Part shown: piece after piece, positions 1-8,840 of the stretch
How positions within the stretch are numbered: the first letter of the stretch is position 1
Layout of the letters: each line of letters starts with the position of its first letter
Assembly: GCA_038279365.1 (NCBI GenBank)
Contig: JAYODI010000010.1
Coordinates: forward strand, 34,762 to 98,761
Direction: 5' to 3'
Length of the DNA stretch: 64,000 bases
Source: Candidatus Latescibacterota bacterium
GTDB taxonomy: Bacteria; Latescibacterota; UBA2968
Translations under genes and position numbers: made by a program
Notes under the pieces: model-generated
What the model was told of the DNA's origin: nothing
The model's input: the letters and a program-made list of their open reading frames with translations, nothing else
Database searches by the model: none

Positions 1-2
1 AA

Positions 3-668
3 TCTCGCTCATTGGGTGTGGGTGTACAAATAAGTGTGCGAGATACGGGTGTTGGCATGGATGAAGAAACTCAAAAACGTGTTTTTGAACCTTTTTTTAC
101 GACCAAAGTAGAAATTGGTACGGGATTAGGGCTGGCCACCGTATACAACACGGTGGTGCGATGGGGTGGGCATGTGGGGGTAGACAGCGTTGTGGGGGCT
201 GGTTCGGTGTTTACTTTGTGGTTTCCTGCCGATGGGGCAGAAGCAACCCCCGTCGAGGATTATTCTGAAGTGACTTCCCCCAATGGGAAGATATTGGTTG
301 TCGATGATCAAGATGTGGTGACTCAGTTGGTCGAGCATGTTTTAAGCCCTAAGCATGAGGTCACTTGCCTGGGTGACAGTGCGAAAGTATTGCCCGCTTT
401 GGCGGAGGTCGATTGCGATGTTTTGATTTTGGATTTGGGTATGCCCAATATCCCAGGAGACAAACTTGCACAATCTATTCGGTTGGAATATCCTAAAATC
501 GTTTTGGTTTTGATGACGGGGTGGCGATTGGAAGAGAATGACCCACGATTGTTGTTATTTGATTTTGTACTCAAAAAACCATTGCATGATATGCAAGTTG
601 TTCGAGATGTGGTTGCACGGGCTGTGAATTTGTCTCAGGAACGCCGGAAGGAGCCGAGTCATACATGA
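3..668 (+). CDS. Hybrid sensor histidine kinase, C-terminal part (HATPase_c + receiver); 5' truncated by window edge
   Basis: DTGVGM, FEPFFTTK and GTGLGL boxes followed by a receiver (ILVVDD, LILDLGMP, KKP). Frame is open from base 3. Confidence 0.9.
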   Translation, partial: SRSLGVGVQISVRDTGVGMDEETQKRVFEPFFTTKVEIGTGLGLATVYNTVVRWGGHVGVDSVVGAGSVFTLWFPADGAEATPVEDYSEVTSPNGKILVVDDQDVVTQLVEHVLSPKHEVTCLGDSAKVLPALAEVDCDVLILDLGMPNIPGDKLAQSIRLEYPKIVLVLMTGWRLEENDPRLLLFDFVLKKPLHDMQVVRDVVARAVNLSQERRKEPSHT

Positions 669-1312
669 TAAAAATATTGGTTGCAGACGATCATGATATT
701 GTGCGACAGGGCATTATGGGGTTGTTGTCTCGCGAGGCCGAATTTGAGGTTATCGGTGAAGCCAATAATGGTTTAACGGCCGTAGAATTGGCAAATGCGC
801 TACAACCGGATGTGGTCTTAATGGATTTGACCATTCCCGAGCTCAATGGCATAGAAGCAACCGCACAAATTGTAGGCACATGTTCTAACACACGTGTGGT
901 GATATTGACCATGCATCAAGATCGTGCCCATATACGCCGTGCATTTGAGGCAGGGGCAAGTGGTTATGTTTTAAAGAAAAATGATATGGGTGATTTGGTT
1001 CGTGCGATTCAAACAGCAGTGCAAGGGGAAGTTTTTTTGAGTTCTGCCATTTCGCGGGTGGTGGTAGAAACATTTGTAGGGCGTGAAGATTTACCTATAT
1101 CTGGGGGGAAAAGTGATGGTTTGTCTCACAGAGAACGGGAAGTGCTTGTATTGGTTGCCGAGGGACAAACAAACCGAGAAATAGCCGATGTGTTACACAT
1201 TGCAGAGAAGACGGTTGCAGCGCATCGGGCAAGCGTGATGCAAAAATTAAACTTAAAAAATGCGGCAGACTTGGTTCGTTATGCCATTCGAGAAGGTCTG
1301 GTCGAATTGTGA
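665..1312 (+). CDS. NarL/FixJ-family response regulator (receiver + LuxR-type HTH)
   Basis: ADDH...DVVLMD receiver plus LSHREREVL...NREIA...EKTV HTH. ATGA overlap with the kinase gene. Confidence 0.95.
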   Translation: MIKILVADDHDIVRQGIMGLLSREAEFEVIGEANNGLTAVELANALQPDVVLMDLTIPELNGIEATAQIVGTCSNTRVVILTMHQDRAHIRRAFEAGASGYVLKKNDMGDLVRAIQTAVQGEVFLSSAISRVVVETFVGREDLPISGGKSDGLSHREREVLVLVAEGQTNREIADVLHIAEKTVAAHRASVMQKLNLKNAADLVRYAIREGLVEL

Positions 1313-1380
1313 GGTTTGTTGTTCGGTAATAATGAGGAACTATACTTATTATGGTGGCGAAGAATAGGGTATTGACCCAA

Positions 1381-1409
1381 TTGATCTATCAGCTTGGTCG
1401 TGTTATATT
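1381..1409 (+). promoter_or_regulatory. Sigma70-type promoter (TTGATC-17-TATATT, extended TG)
   Basis: Consensus-like hexamers with 17-bp spacer, preceded by two imperfect palindromes at 1329-1352 and 1365-1380. Confidence 0.55.
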
Positions 1410-1416
1410 CTCTACT

Positions 1417-1499
1417 GAAAGCCCCCCTAAGGTGAGAAAATAAAATTTCTCACTGTCTGTACAAAAGTCCAAAGATGTAAATCTTTGGACTTTTTTTTT
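1417..1499 (+). ncRNA. Candidate ~83-nt small RNA
   Basis: Promoter, then C-rich single strand GCCCCCCT, hairpin GTGAGAAA/TTTCTCAC (1432-1453) and an intrinsic terminator. No meaningful ORF inside. Confidence 0.45.
1463..1499 (+). terminator. Intrinsic terminator
   Basis: AAAAGTCCAAAGAT-GTAA-ATCTTTGGAC followed by 9 T. Confidence 0.85.
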
Positions 1500-1507
1500 G
1501 TTTTCAC

Positions 1508-1540
1508 AATTAAATATGTGAGCAGTTATTCAATTAATTG
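1508..1540. repeat. Dispersed intergenic motif, copy 1
   Basis: AATTAAATATGTGAGCAGTTATTCAATTAATTG, 31/33 identical to 63627-63659. Confidence 0.8.
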
Positions 1541-1707
1541 CGATATAACACAAAAAACCTCCTTATTTATAATCTTTAAGATTAATAAAAATTTGTTTTT
1601 GTAAGCGAACTTAAAAAATGATGCACTAAGAGTATTTGCATCCCTATTCTCGTGGAATTATATTAATTGCTCTTAAGGATTTATTAAGCGTTGATGGGTG
1701 AGGTAAA

Positions 1708-3660
1708 ATGGCTGTAGTAAACAACATAGGATTGGCTCAGGCAATACCACCAAAGCCATCGGTGACTGTGCGTGCGCTCATTATAGGGATGGGGCTCACG
1801 GTTTTGGCCACAGTTGCAGGGTCTTATGCACGCTTTATTTTGCACACGACTCGTTTAGATCAAAATCATCTGTCTATTGCTGCTGTATTTCCCATTGTTA
1901 TGATCGCCTTGTTGCTTGGACGCATGCTCAAGCTGAGACGGGGTGAGCTTGTTGTTATGTTTACAATGGCTCTTATTGGGGCCACTATGCCGACCTATTT
2001 TATCGGTAAACTTGTGGCCAATTTTGCAGTGCCACACTATTTGGCAACCCCCGAAAATCAATGGGCGGCTTATTACGAGCCGCATTTACCCACCTATGCC
2101 GTGGTGCCACCCGGTGATGCTTTGATGTGGTTTTTTGAAGGGATTCCACGCGGAGTGGCCATTCCATGGCATGTGTGGGTGGGGCCCGTATTTTGGTGGT
2201 TGTCTGTGATAGCTGCCTTTTATGGGTGTTGCATGTTTTTGATGGTTATTTTGCGTAAGCAATGGATTGAACATGAGCGCATAGATTATCCATTGATGGA
2301 AATGCCACTGGCCATATTGGAAGATGATGATCATCGTGGTTTTTTTCCAATTCCAATTATGAACAAACGACTTTTTTGGGTAGGCTTTTCCATTACGCTG
2401 TTGATCATTTTATGGAATATGGTTTCATATTTTCATCCCACTTTTCCAACGATTCCATGGGGGTTTACCAGTATTAAATTGGGTCGCGAATTTCCCGAAA
2501 TTCCAATTCGGCTCTATTTGATGTTGGTTGGGTTTGGATATTTTATCAATATCGATGTGGCTTTGAGCTTGTGGGTATTCAATTTGATCACCAATATTGA
2601 GAATGGGCTTTTTAATCGTTTTGGGTTTAGCGCAGGTTCTGACGAAGAATATTCCACAGGGCCACTTTCGATGGGCACCCAGTCTATGGGGGCCTTTATG
2701 GTTATCGTATTGGTGGGGTTTTGGATGGCTCGTGGGCATATTGCCAATGTGTGCCGAAAAGCTTTTTACGGGGATGATTCGGTAGACGATTCAGATGAGA
2801 TTGTTTCTTATCGAACGGCCACGTTTGGCATGCTGGCCTGTTCGTTATATCTTGTGTTTTGGCACTTGGCTACAGGGATGGCCTTCAAGTTTATTCCCCT
2901 GTTTCTGTTTGGTGTGCTGGTTATGTATTTGGGCATCACGCGTGTGATTGCTGAAACCGGCTTAATTTCCATTCGGGCACCACTTATGCCTCAACCTTTT
3001 GGAATGTTTGTTTTAGGCAGTGACAGTTTGTCTCCGCAAACAATGGTGTCTATCGCTCTTTCATATACTTGGTGCAGTGATACCAAAACGACCATTATGC
3101 CAGCGTTGGCACACTCTGTTAAATTATACGATACCATTCGCGCGCAACAACGTCGGCTTATTTGGCCCATTGTGTTGGCCATGATATCAGGGGTATTGGC
3201 CACGTTTGTTTATACCATTTATATGGGGTATGCAAATGGTGCGGCCAATTATGGCGGGATTTTTAATGGGGGATTGGCTCAATTTCCTTGGGATAACTTG
3301 GTCAAAAAGTCAAAAAGCCCGTTTGGCACTGCTTGGAAACCTTTGGCATTTATTGGTATTGGGGCTCTGGTAACGGGCTTGCTGATGTTTTTGCGGTATC
3401 GTGTGCCTTGGTGGCCTTTGCATCCGATTGGTTTTGCTGCAGGTCCTGTTTATCCTGTGCGCAATGTTATTTTTTGTATTTTTGTGGCGTGGGTGATTAA
3501 GACCATTGTTCTGCGCATTGGGGGCTATCAGGCCTATCGTGCGGGGAGGCCGTTTTTTATTGGGCTTATTTTGGGCCATTTTGTAGGTGCTGGCATTTCA
3601 TTTGTTGTGGATATGATTTGGTTTCCGGGTCAAGGTCACGGTATTCCATTTTCCGATTGA
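1708..3660 (+). CDS. Large polytopic membrane protein, DUF6785/DUF6784-like (putative transporter)
   Basis: 650 aa, many TM segments, LRKQWIEHERIDYPL and PWWPLHPIGF...RPFFIGLILG motifs typical of this family. RBS GAGG. Confidence 0.75.
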   Translation: MAVVNNIGLAQAIPPKPSVTVRALIIGMGLTVLATVAGSYARFILHTTRLDQNHLSIAAVFPIVMIALLLGRMLKLRRGELVVMFTMALIGATMPTYFIGKLVANFAVPHYLATPENQWAAYYEPHLPTYAVVPPGDALMWFFEGIPRGVAIPWHVWVGPVFWWLSVIAAFYGCCMFLMVILRKQWIEHERIDYPLMEMPLAILEDDDHRGFFPIPIMNKRLFWVGFSITLLIILWNMVSYFHPTFPTIPWGFTSIKLGREFPEIPIRLYLMLVGFGYFINIDVALSLWVFNLITNIENGLFNRFGFSAGSDEEYSTGPLSMGTQSMGAFMVIVLVGFWMARGHIANVCRKAFYGDDSVDDSDEIVSYRTATFGMLACSLYLVFWHLATGMAFKFIPLFLFGVLVMYLGITRVIAETGLISIRAPLMPQPFGMFVLGSDSLSPQTMVSIALSYTWCSDTKTTIMPALAHSVKLYDTIRAQQRRLIWPIVLAMISGVLATFVYTIYMGYANGAANYGGIFNGGLAQFPWDNLVKKSKSPFGTAWKPLAFIGIGALVTGLLMFLRYRVPWWPLHPIGFAAGPVYPVRNVIFCIFVAWVIKTIVLRIGGYQAYRAGRPFFIGLILGHFVGAGISFVVDMIWFPGQGHGIPFSD

Positions 3661-3688
3661 ACGGCCTATTCTTTTTTGTGGGGTGTGT

Positions 3689-4756
3689 ATGAATGCTTTT
3701 TTCTTTTGGGAACCCGTGGGTGGTTTAACACTGAAACACAAGTGCAACCCTTATGCAGGGCTTTTGGCCCAAGAATTGGAAAAGTTAGATATTCATCTTG
3801 AATTGGGTGATTATGCGCTTGAAAAATCGTGGTTAGAAGAACATCGCAAAACATTTGATGTTCTTCATTTGCATTGGTTACACTATTTTTATCGCAGAGA
3901 TACGCTTGAAAACTCTGTGGTGGATTATGAAAGATTTGCAGAAAATTTAACCTATGCCAAGCATGTATTGGGTTATAAAATTGTTTGGACATTGCACAAT
4001 GTGTATCCACACGAAAGGCCATTTCCACAACTTGACCATTGTGCCCGTTTGTTGGTATGTGAATTGGCTGATGCGGTCTTATGCCACTGTGAATATGCGC
4101 GTGGTGTTGCCGAAAAACTGTTTCATCGAACTCGAAATGTAGAGATCATCCCTCATGGCAACTTTATTGATGCGTTTCCCAACGTTATTTCAAGAGAAGA
4201 TGCGCGCAAGCAACTGGGCTTAATGGATGACCAATTTGTTTATCTGTTTTTTGGCAATGCCCGTGCTTATAAGGGAATTGAACATTTGGTGTCGGCTTTT
4301 TTAGAAAACGCAGGGGATGATGCGGTATTGTTGTTGATGATGCGAAAGGCTTTTGATGTGGCTTATGCCGAAGAGATGGAGTTGTTGGCACAAAAAGACA
4401 AACGCATCAAAGTTTTTACATCGCCTTATTTTCCTGAAGCCGATTTTCAAATATATATCAATGCGTCCGATGTGGCGGTTTTTCCGTTTGCTGAGGTGTT
4501 GACCTCAGGCTCTGCGATTACGGCACTGTCATTTGGACGGCCCGTGGTCATGCCTCGGTTGGGGTGTTTGCCCGAGTTGATTGATGACAAAATGGGTGTG
4601 CTCTACGATGTAAAAGCACACAACGGTTTGGGCAAGGCATTGGCAGATGTGCGCCAACTGGATATGGAGGGTGCCCAAAAAGCCGCCATGAACCGTGCGT
4701 TGGCCTTAAATTGGAAGGATATTGCTGCCAAACTGGCCCATGTATATCGTTCATAA
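3689..4756 (+). CDS. Glycosyltransferase family 4 (GT-B)
   Basis: HLHW, WTLHN..PHE, IPHG, FFG...YKG and TSGS..ALSFG motifs. ATG at 3689. Confidence 0.85.
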   Translation: MNAFFFWEPVGGLTLKHKCNPYAGLLAQELEKLDIHLELGDYALEKSWLEEHRKTFDVLHLHWLHYFYRRDTLENSVVDYERFAENLTYAKHVLGYKIVWTLHNVYPHERPFPQLDHCARLLVCELADAVLCHCEYARGVAEKLFHRTRNVEIIPHGNFIDAFPNVISREDARKQLGLMDDQFVYLFFGNARAYKGIEHLVSAFLENAGDDAVLLLMMRKAFDVAYAEEMELLAQKDKRIKVFTSPYFPEADFQIYINASDVAVFPFAEVLTSGSAITALSFGRPVVMPRLGCLPELIDDKMGVLYDVKAHNGLGKALADVRQLDMEGAQKAAMNRALALNWKDIAAKLAHVYRS

Positions 4757-4887
4757 ATTTGGGGGGCAGGTCGTTTGCGCAAATCCTATTGACCAATGTG
4801 ATGCTCACAGGTATTATATAAATCTTGTTTAAAATGCCCAAAATGAACAAATGATCGTGTCTTAAATTATGTGTAAAGGATATCATT

Positions 4888-5991
4888 ATGAAGGTAACGG
4901 GAATCGAATTTGATGCCGTTCATGTCAATCATCGGGGCGATTGGGTTTTTGTTCACGTTTTAACCGATGCCGGTATACAAGGTTTGGGGGAGTTGCGTTC
5001 TGGCAAAAATTATGAACAACGAATTGCTGCCGTTCGGTCATTGGGTGAAGATTTAAAAGGCAAAGACCCGCGAAATATTGAATCGATTGTAGCAAGTTAT
5101 ACACAGGGTGGACGCAGTTGGGATGAGGTGTGTGCTTTAAGTGCTGTTGAACAGGCGTTGTGGGATTTGTTGGGCAAATCATTGGGTGTGCCCGTTTATA
5201 CATTATTGGGGGGCAAGTGCCGCGACGACATTCGTTTGTATGCCAACATCAATCGTGCAACCACCACACGTACACCTGAAGGGTTTGCCCAAAATGCAGC
5301 GGCAGCTGTGGCCGAAGGTTTTGATGCCGTCAAGTTGGCGCCATTTGATGGCCTTCCCGTGGTCAATTCTGCCCAAGAAGCAATGGGGGGCATTGCGTGT
5401 ATGCAAGCGGTTAGAGAAGCCATTGGCGATCAGGTTGATTTGTTGGTAGATTGTCACAGCCGTTTTACGGCCAAGGCGGCACTTGAAGTGGCCGACGCAT
5501 TGCGCGATCTGAACCTTTTTTGGTTTGAACAGCCTACATCCGAAAAGAGCTTAAAGGATTGTTTGGAAGTAAAAGAAAAATGTGGTTTGACCATTGCGGG
5601 TGCCGAGCAACGGTCTTTGAGAAGTGAATTTGTAGAAGTCTTTGAACACCGAAGTATGGATGTGATTATGCCCGATGTAACAGTTATTGGTGGGCTTGGT
5701 GAATTGAAAAAAGTTGGCGATATGGCGCAGGCTTGGGGCATGCCCACAGCACCTCATGGGCCATTTGGCCCCATTACCATTGCCGCGGGTGTACAGGCAA
5801 TGGCATCTTTGCCCAATTTTCTCATTTTAGAATTTGGCTGGGGTGAAGTGCCTTGGCGCAGTCAACTCACATTGCCTCACGAAGTGATCGTGAATGGTCG
5901 CATTCCGCTAACTGATCGACCTGGTTTGGGTTTTGAATTGAATATGGATTTGGTCAACGAACATCGCGTTGACGTATCGTCTTTATTATAA
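4888..5991 (+). CDS. Mandelate racemase/muconate lactonizing enzyme family (galactonate dehydratase-like)
   Basis: ALWDLLGKSLGVPVY, KLAPF, VDCH, FEQP, APH and PGLG enolase-superfamily motifs. Confidence 0.85.
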   Translation: MKVTGIEFDAVHVNHRGDWVFVHVLTDAGIQGLGELRSGKNYEQRIAAVRSLGEDLKGKDPRNIESIVASYTQGGRSWDEVCALSAVEQALWDLLGKSLGVPVYTLLGGKCRDDIRLYANINRATTTRTPEGFAQNAAAAVAEGFDAVKLAPFDGLPVVNSAQEAMGGIACMQAVREAIGDQVDLLVDCHSRFTAKAALEVADALRDLNLFWFEQPTSEKSLKDCLEVKEKCGLTIAGAEQRSLRSEFVEVFEHRSMDVIMPDVTVIGGLGELKKVGDMAQAWGMPTAPHGPFGPITIAAGVQAMASLPNFLILEFGWGEVPWRSQLTLPHEVIVNGRIPLTDRPGLGFELNMDLVNEHRVDVSSLL

Positions 5992-6005
5992 AACAGGAGT
6001 ATGTC

Positions 6006-6863
6006 ATGTTTAAAAGTCTCACACCCGGTGCAATTGGCGTTAAGGGCAGTTTGGAAGAGTTAATTGAATTGGCCTCTCAAGGTGGTTTTCAAGGTTTGGA
6101 TATTGGCATACAGGCCACTGCTGATTGGGTTGCTGAACGCGGTGTATCAGAGGTGAAGGCACGATTTGAGTCGGCCCATCTCAAGATGGGAGCCTGGGGA
6201 TTGCCTGTGAATTGGAATGGGCCAGAAGATGCTTATCAGGAAGGGTTGAAAAATCTTTCAAAATTGGCAGAAGTAGCCGCACAATTGGGTGCCACGCGGT
6301 GTGCCCAATGGATTCCGTGTGCTTCAGATACGCTGAAGTTTCGCGAAAATTTCCGATTTCATATTACGCGCCTAAAACCCATTGCTGAAATTTTAAAAGA
6401 CCATGGATGTTCCATTGGGTTGGAGTTTATTGGCCCTCAAACGTTGCGCATCGACAAACCCTATGGTTTTATTTACACCATGAATGGCATGTTGGCTTTG
6501 GCAGAGGCCATAGGGACGGGCAATGTGGGATTGTTATTGGATGCGTGGCATTGGTACACCCAATTGGGCACGGTGTCAGATTTGATGGCATTAACACCCG
6601 AAGATGTGATTCATGTTCATGTCAATGATGCACCTGCTGGTGTAGCAATTACCGACCAAATAGACAACAAGCGTGCGCTGCCTTCAGAAACGGGTGTGAT
6701 TGATTTGGTGGCTTTTTTGAAGGCTCTGAAGGCCATTGGATATGAAGGCCCTGTTTCACCAGAGCCTTTTAGCCAGCGCGTGCGAGAGTTGCCCGCCAAA
6801 CAGGCCATAGCTGAAACACACGCTGGGCTCGATAAAGCCTGGCAAGCGGCTGGGCTGTCTTAG
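6006..6863 (+). CDS. Sugar phosphate isomerase/epimerase (xylose-isomerase-like TIM barrel)
   Basis: GLEF, LLDAWH, HVHVND, G.ID and GYEGPVSPE metal-ligand pattern. Confidence 0.85.
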   Translation: MFKSLTPGAIGVKGSLEELIELASQGGFQGLDIGIQATADWVAERGVSEVKARFESAHLKMGAWGLPVNWNGPEDAYQEGLKNLSKLAEVAAQLGATRCAQWIPCASDTLKFRENFRFHITRLKPIAEILKDHGCSIGLEFIGPQTLRIDKPYGFIYTMNGMLALAEAIGTGNVGLLLDAWHWYTQLGTVSDLMALTPEDVIHVHVNDAPAGVAITDQIDNKRALPSETGVIDLVAFLKALKAIGYEGPVSPEPFSQRVRELPAKQAIAETHAGLDKAWQAAGLS

Positions 6864-6922
6864 AAACAACGCGGTTTGTTGGGCGCACATTAAAGTCATT
6901 TAATTGAAATGGGAGTGTGGTG

Positions 6923-7480
6923 ATGGAAGCTTTTGTTAAAAACTATATTGAAGACAATTTGAAATTACTTGCCACATTAGACACCAAAGCGGTGGCAGAT
7001 ATCATTGCTGAGTTTGGGAAAGCGCGTGATCAAGACAAGCGCATCTATGCCATTGGCAATGGAGGCAGTGCCAGTACGGCATCGCACTTTGTGGTGGACA
7101 TGGGCAAAGGGGCATCTATTGGACGAAAGAAGCGCTTTAAAACCATTCCTCTCACCGACAATATGGAATGGATTACGGCGTTGAGCAATGACATATGTTA
7201 TGAAGATGTATTTGTCGAACAGCTCAAGAACTTTGCCGAACCAGGAGATGTGCTATTGGCCATTAGTGGCAGTGGCAATTCTGAAAATGTTTTGCGCGCA
7301 GTAAAGTATGCCAATGAAGTAGGGTGTGTGACCATTGGGTTTACGGGTTTTGCTGGCGGCAAACTCCATAAAATGGTGGATCACAGCATTGTGGTCCCCT
7401 CAGAGCACATGGGGCGCATTGAAGATGTTCATGTCATTTTGCAACACATGATTTGTTACTATTATATGGAAAACCAATAA
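6923..7480 (+). CDS. SIS-domain protein, phosphoheptose isomerase (GmhA)-like
   Basis: GNGGSA, TALSND, ISGSGNSENV, GFTGFAGG and EDVH motifs. Confidence 0.8.
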   Translation: MEAFVKNYIEDNLKLLATLDTKAVADIIAEFGKARDQDKRIYAIGNGGSASTASHFVVDMGKGASIGRKKRFKTIPLTDNMEWITALSNDICYEDVFVEQLKNFAEPGDVLLAISGSGNSENVLRAVKYANEVGCVTIGFTGFAGGKLHKMVDHSIVVPSEHMGRIEDVHVILQHMICYYYMENQ

Positions 7481-7484
7481 TTCT

Positions 7485-8522
7485 ATGTTGCGTGTGCTTA
7501 TTGTCTCCCTTGTGTTTCACGTTGGGGCAATGGATCTTGAATTGGGTTATTTTTGGCATTTGACCAAAGGGCAGATGCGTCTTTTGTGGCGCGCAAAGCC
7601 GATTACACGCGTTTTGAAAGATGACCAATTAGAGCCACGGGTTCGCAAGGGTTTGCTGCTTGTTGAGGCCATTCGAACATTTGCCAAAGATGAAATAGGT
7701 TTGGCGACCTCGCGGAATTATACAACCTATGTTGATATTGGGCGAGGGCCGGTGTCGTGGAATTTGGTTGTGTGCGCCAAAGATCAGCTAACGCCTTTGC
7801 GATGGTCTTACCCGGTAGTGGGTAGCGTGCCCTACCGGGGTTATTTTTATCGGGCAGAAGCTGAGGCAGAGCGTGATCGATATGAGGCCGCTGGGTATGA
7901 TACTTATTTGCGCCCAGTGAGTGCCTATAGCACTTTGGGGTGGTTTCCCGATCCGATATTGAGCACCATGCTGCACTATGACGAAGCCGATTTGGCGGAT
8001 TTAATCATTCACGAATTAACCCATGCCACATTGTGGATTGAAGGCGATGTAACCTTCAATGAGAGTTTGGCCAGTTTTGTGGGGGAAGCAGGGGCGCTGT
8101 TGTGGCTCCAAAAAAAGTATGGCAAAGATGCGCCAGTTGTTCAGCAAGTAAAGGATGCAGGTGACGATGCCGTTGTGTTTCGTTCCTTTATGCATCAAAT
8201 TGCGACAGAGTTAGATGCGCTTTACCAAAGTGATTTAGATTTTGAAACAAAAGTCGCCAATCGGCAGGCCATTTTTGACCGTGCAAAAGACGCCTATTAT
8301 CACTTGCCTCTAAAAACCAATTTATACGATGGTTTTCCCACTTGGTCGTTGAACAATGCGCGGATGGCGCTGTATCGCGTTTATCGGGCACGTACCGATG
8401 TTTTTGAACGGGTCTATGAACGCGTGGGGGCTCATTTGCCCCAAGCCATTTCTGTTTTTAAAAAGTGTGAAACCGCAGCAGATCCTTCGGTGTGTTTGGA
8501 AAAATGGTTAGAAAAAAAATGA
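7485..8522 (+). CDS. Predicted zinc aminopeptidase (secreted, Aminopep-like)
   Basis: YPVVGSVPYRGYF, AYSTLGWF.DP, HELTH (HExxH) and FNESLA motifs. Confidence 0.8.
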   Translation: MLRVLIVSLVFHVGAMDLELGYFWHLTKGQMRLLWRAKPITRVLKDDQLEPRVRKGLLLVEAIRTFAKDEIGLATSRNYTTYVDIGRGPVSWNLVVCAKDQLTPLRWSYPVVGSVPYRGYFYRAEAEAERDRYEAAGYDTYLRPVSAYSTLGWFPDPILSTMLHYDEADLADLIIHELTHATLWIEGDVTFNESLASFVGEAGALLWLQKKYGKDAPVVQQVKDAGDDAVVFRSFMHQIATELDALYQSDLDFETKVANRQAIFDRAKDAYYHLPLKTNLYDGFPTWSLNNARMALYRVYRARTDVFERVYERVGAHLPQAISVFKKCETAADPSVCLEKWLEKK

Positions 8523-8833
8523 GTGTGAAATTTCCTGCCATATATCAAAAAATTTATAAAGAGGTTGCAAAGATTCCCGAAGGCACTGTGGCAACATATG
8601 GGCAAATTGCCGAGCGGGTAGGGTGTGGTCCTCGGCAAGTGGGCAAAGCGTTGTCCGAATTGCCACCCAACACAAAATGTCCTTGGCATCGGGTGATCAA
8701 TGTTAGGGGAATGGTGTCTATTCGAAGTGGCAATCATGTGGCGCATTATACACAAGAAGACCTTTTAGAAGCCGAAGGTATCGAATTGGTTAATGGCAAA
8801 GTGGATCTTAAAGTTTATCGATGGGAAGTGTGA
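8519..8833 (+). CDS. Alkyltransferase-like protein (ATL; MGMT DNA-binding fold, non-catalytic)
   Basis: IPEGTVATYGQIA, PRQVG and PWHRV (Trp in place of the catalytic Cys of PCHRV). Confidence 0.85.
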   Translation: MSVKFPAIYQKIYKEVAKIPEGTVATYGQIAERVGCGPRQVGKALSELPPNTKCPWHRVINVRGMVSIRSGNHVAHYTQEDLLEAEGIELVNGKVDLKVYRWEV

Positions 8834-8840
8834 CAAACGT

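Noticed and set aside
1512-1535. Resemblance of the dispersed motif to lacO (TGTGAGC...CAATT), suggesting vector contamination or a LacI site
   Set aside because: The match needs gaps and mismatches, no vector sequence flanks it, and no LacI-family gene is in the window.
8519-8833. Active O6-methylguanine methyltransferase or pseudogene
   Set aside because: PWHRV is the normal signature of alkyltransferase-like proteins, which are already well described.
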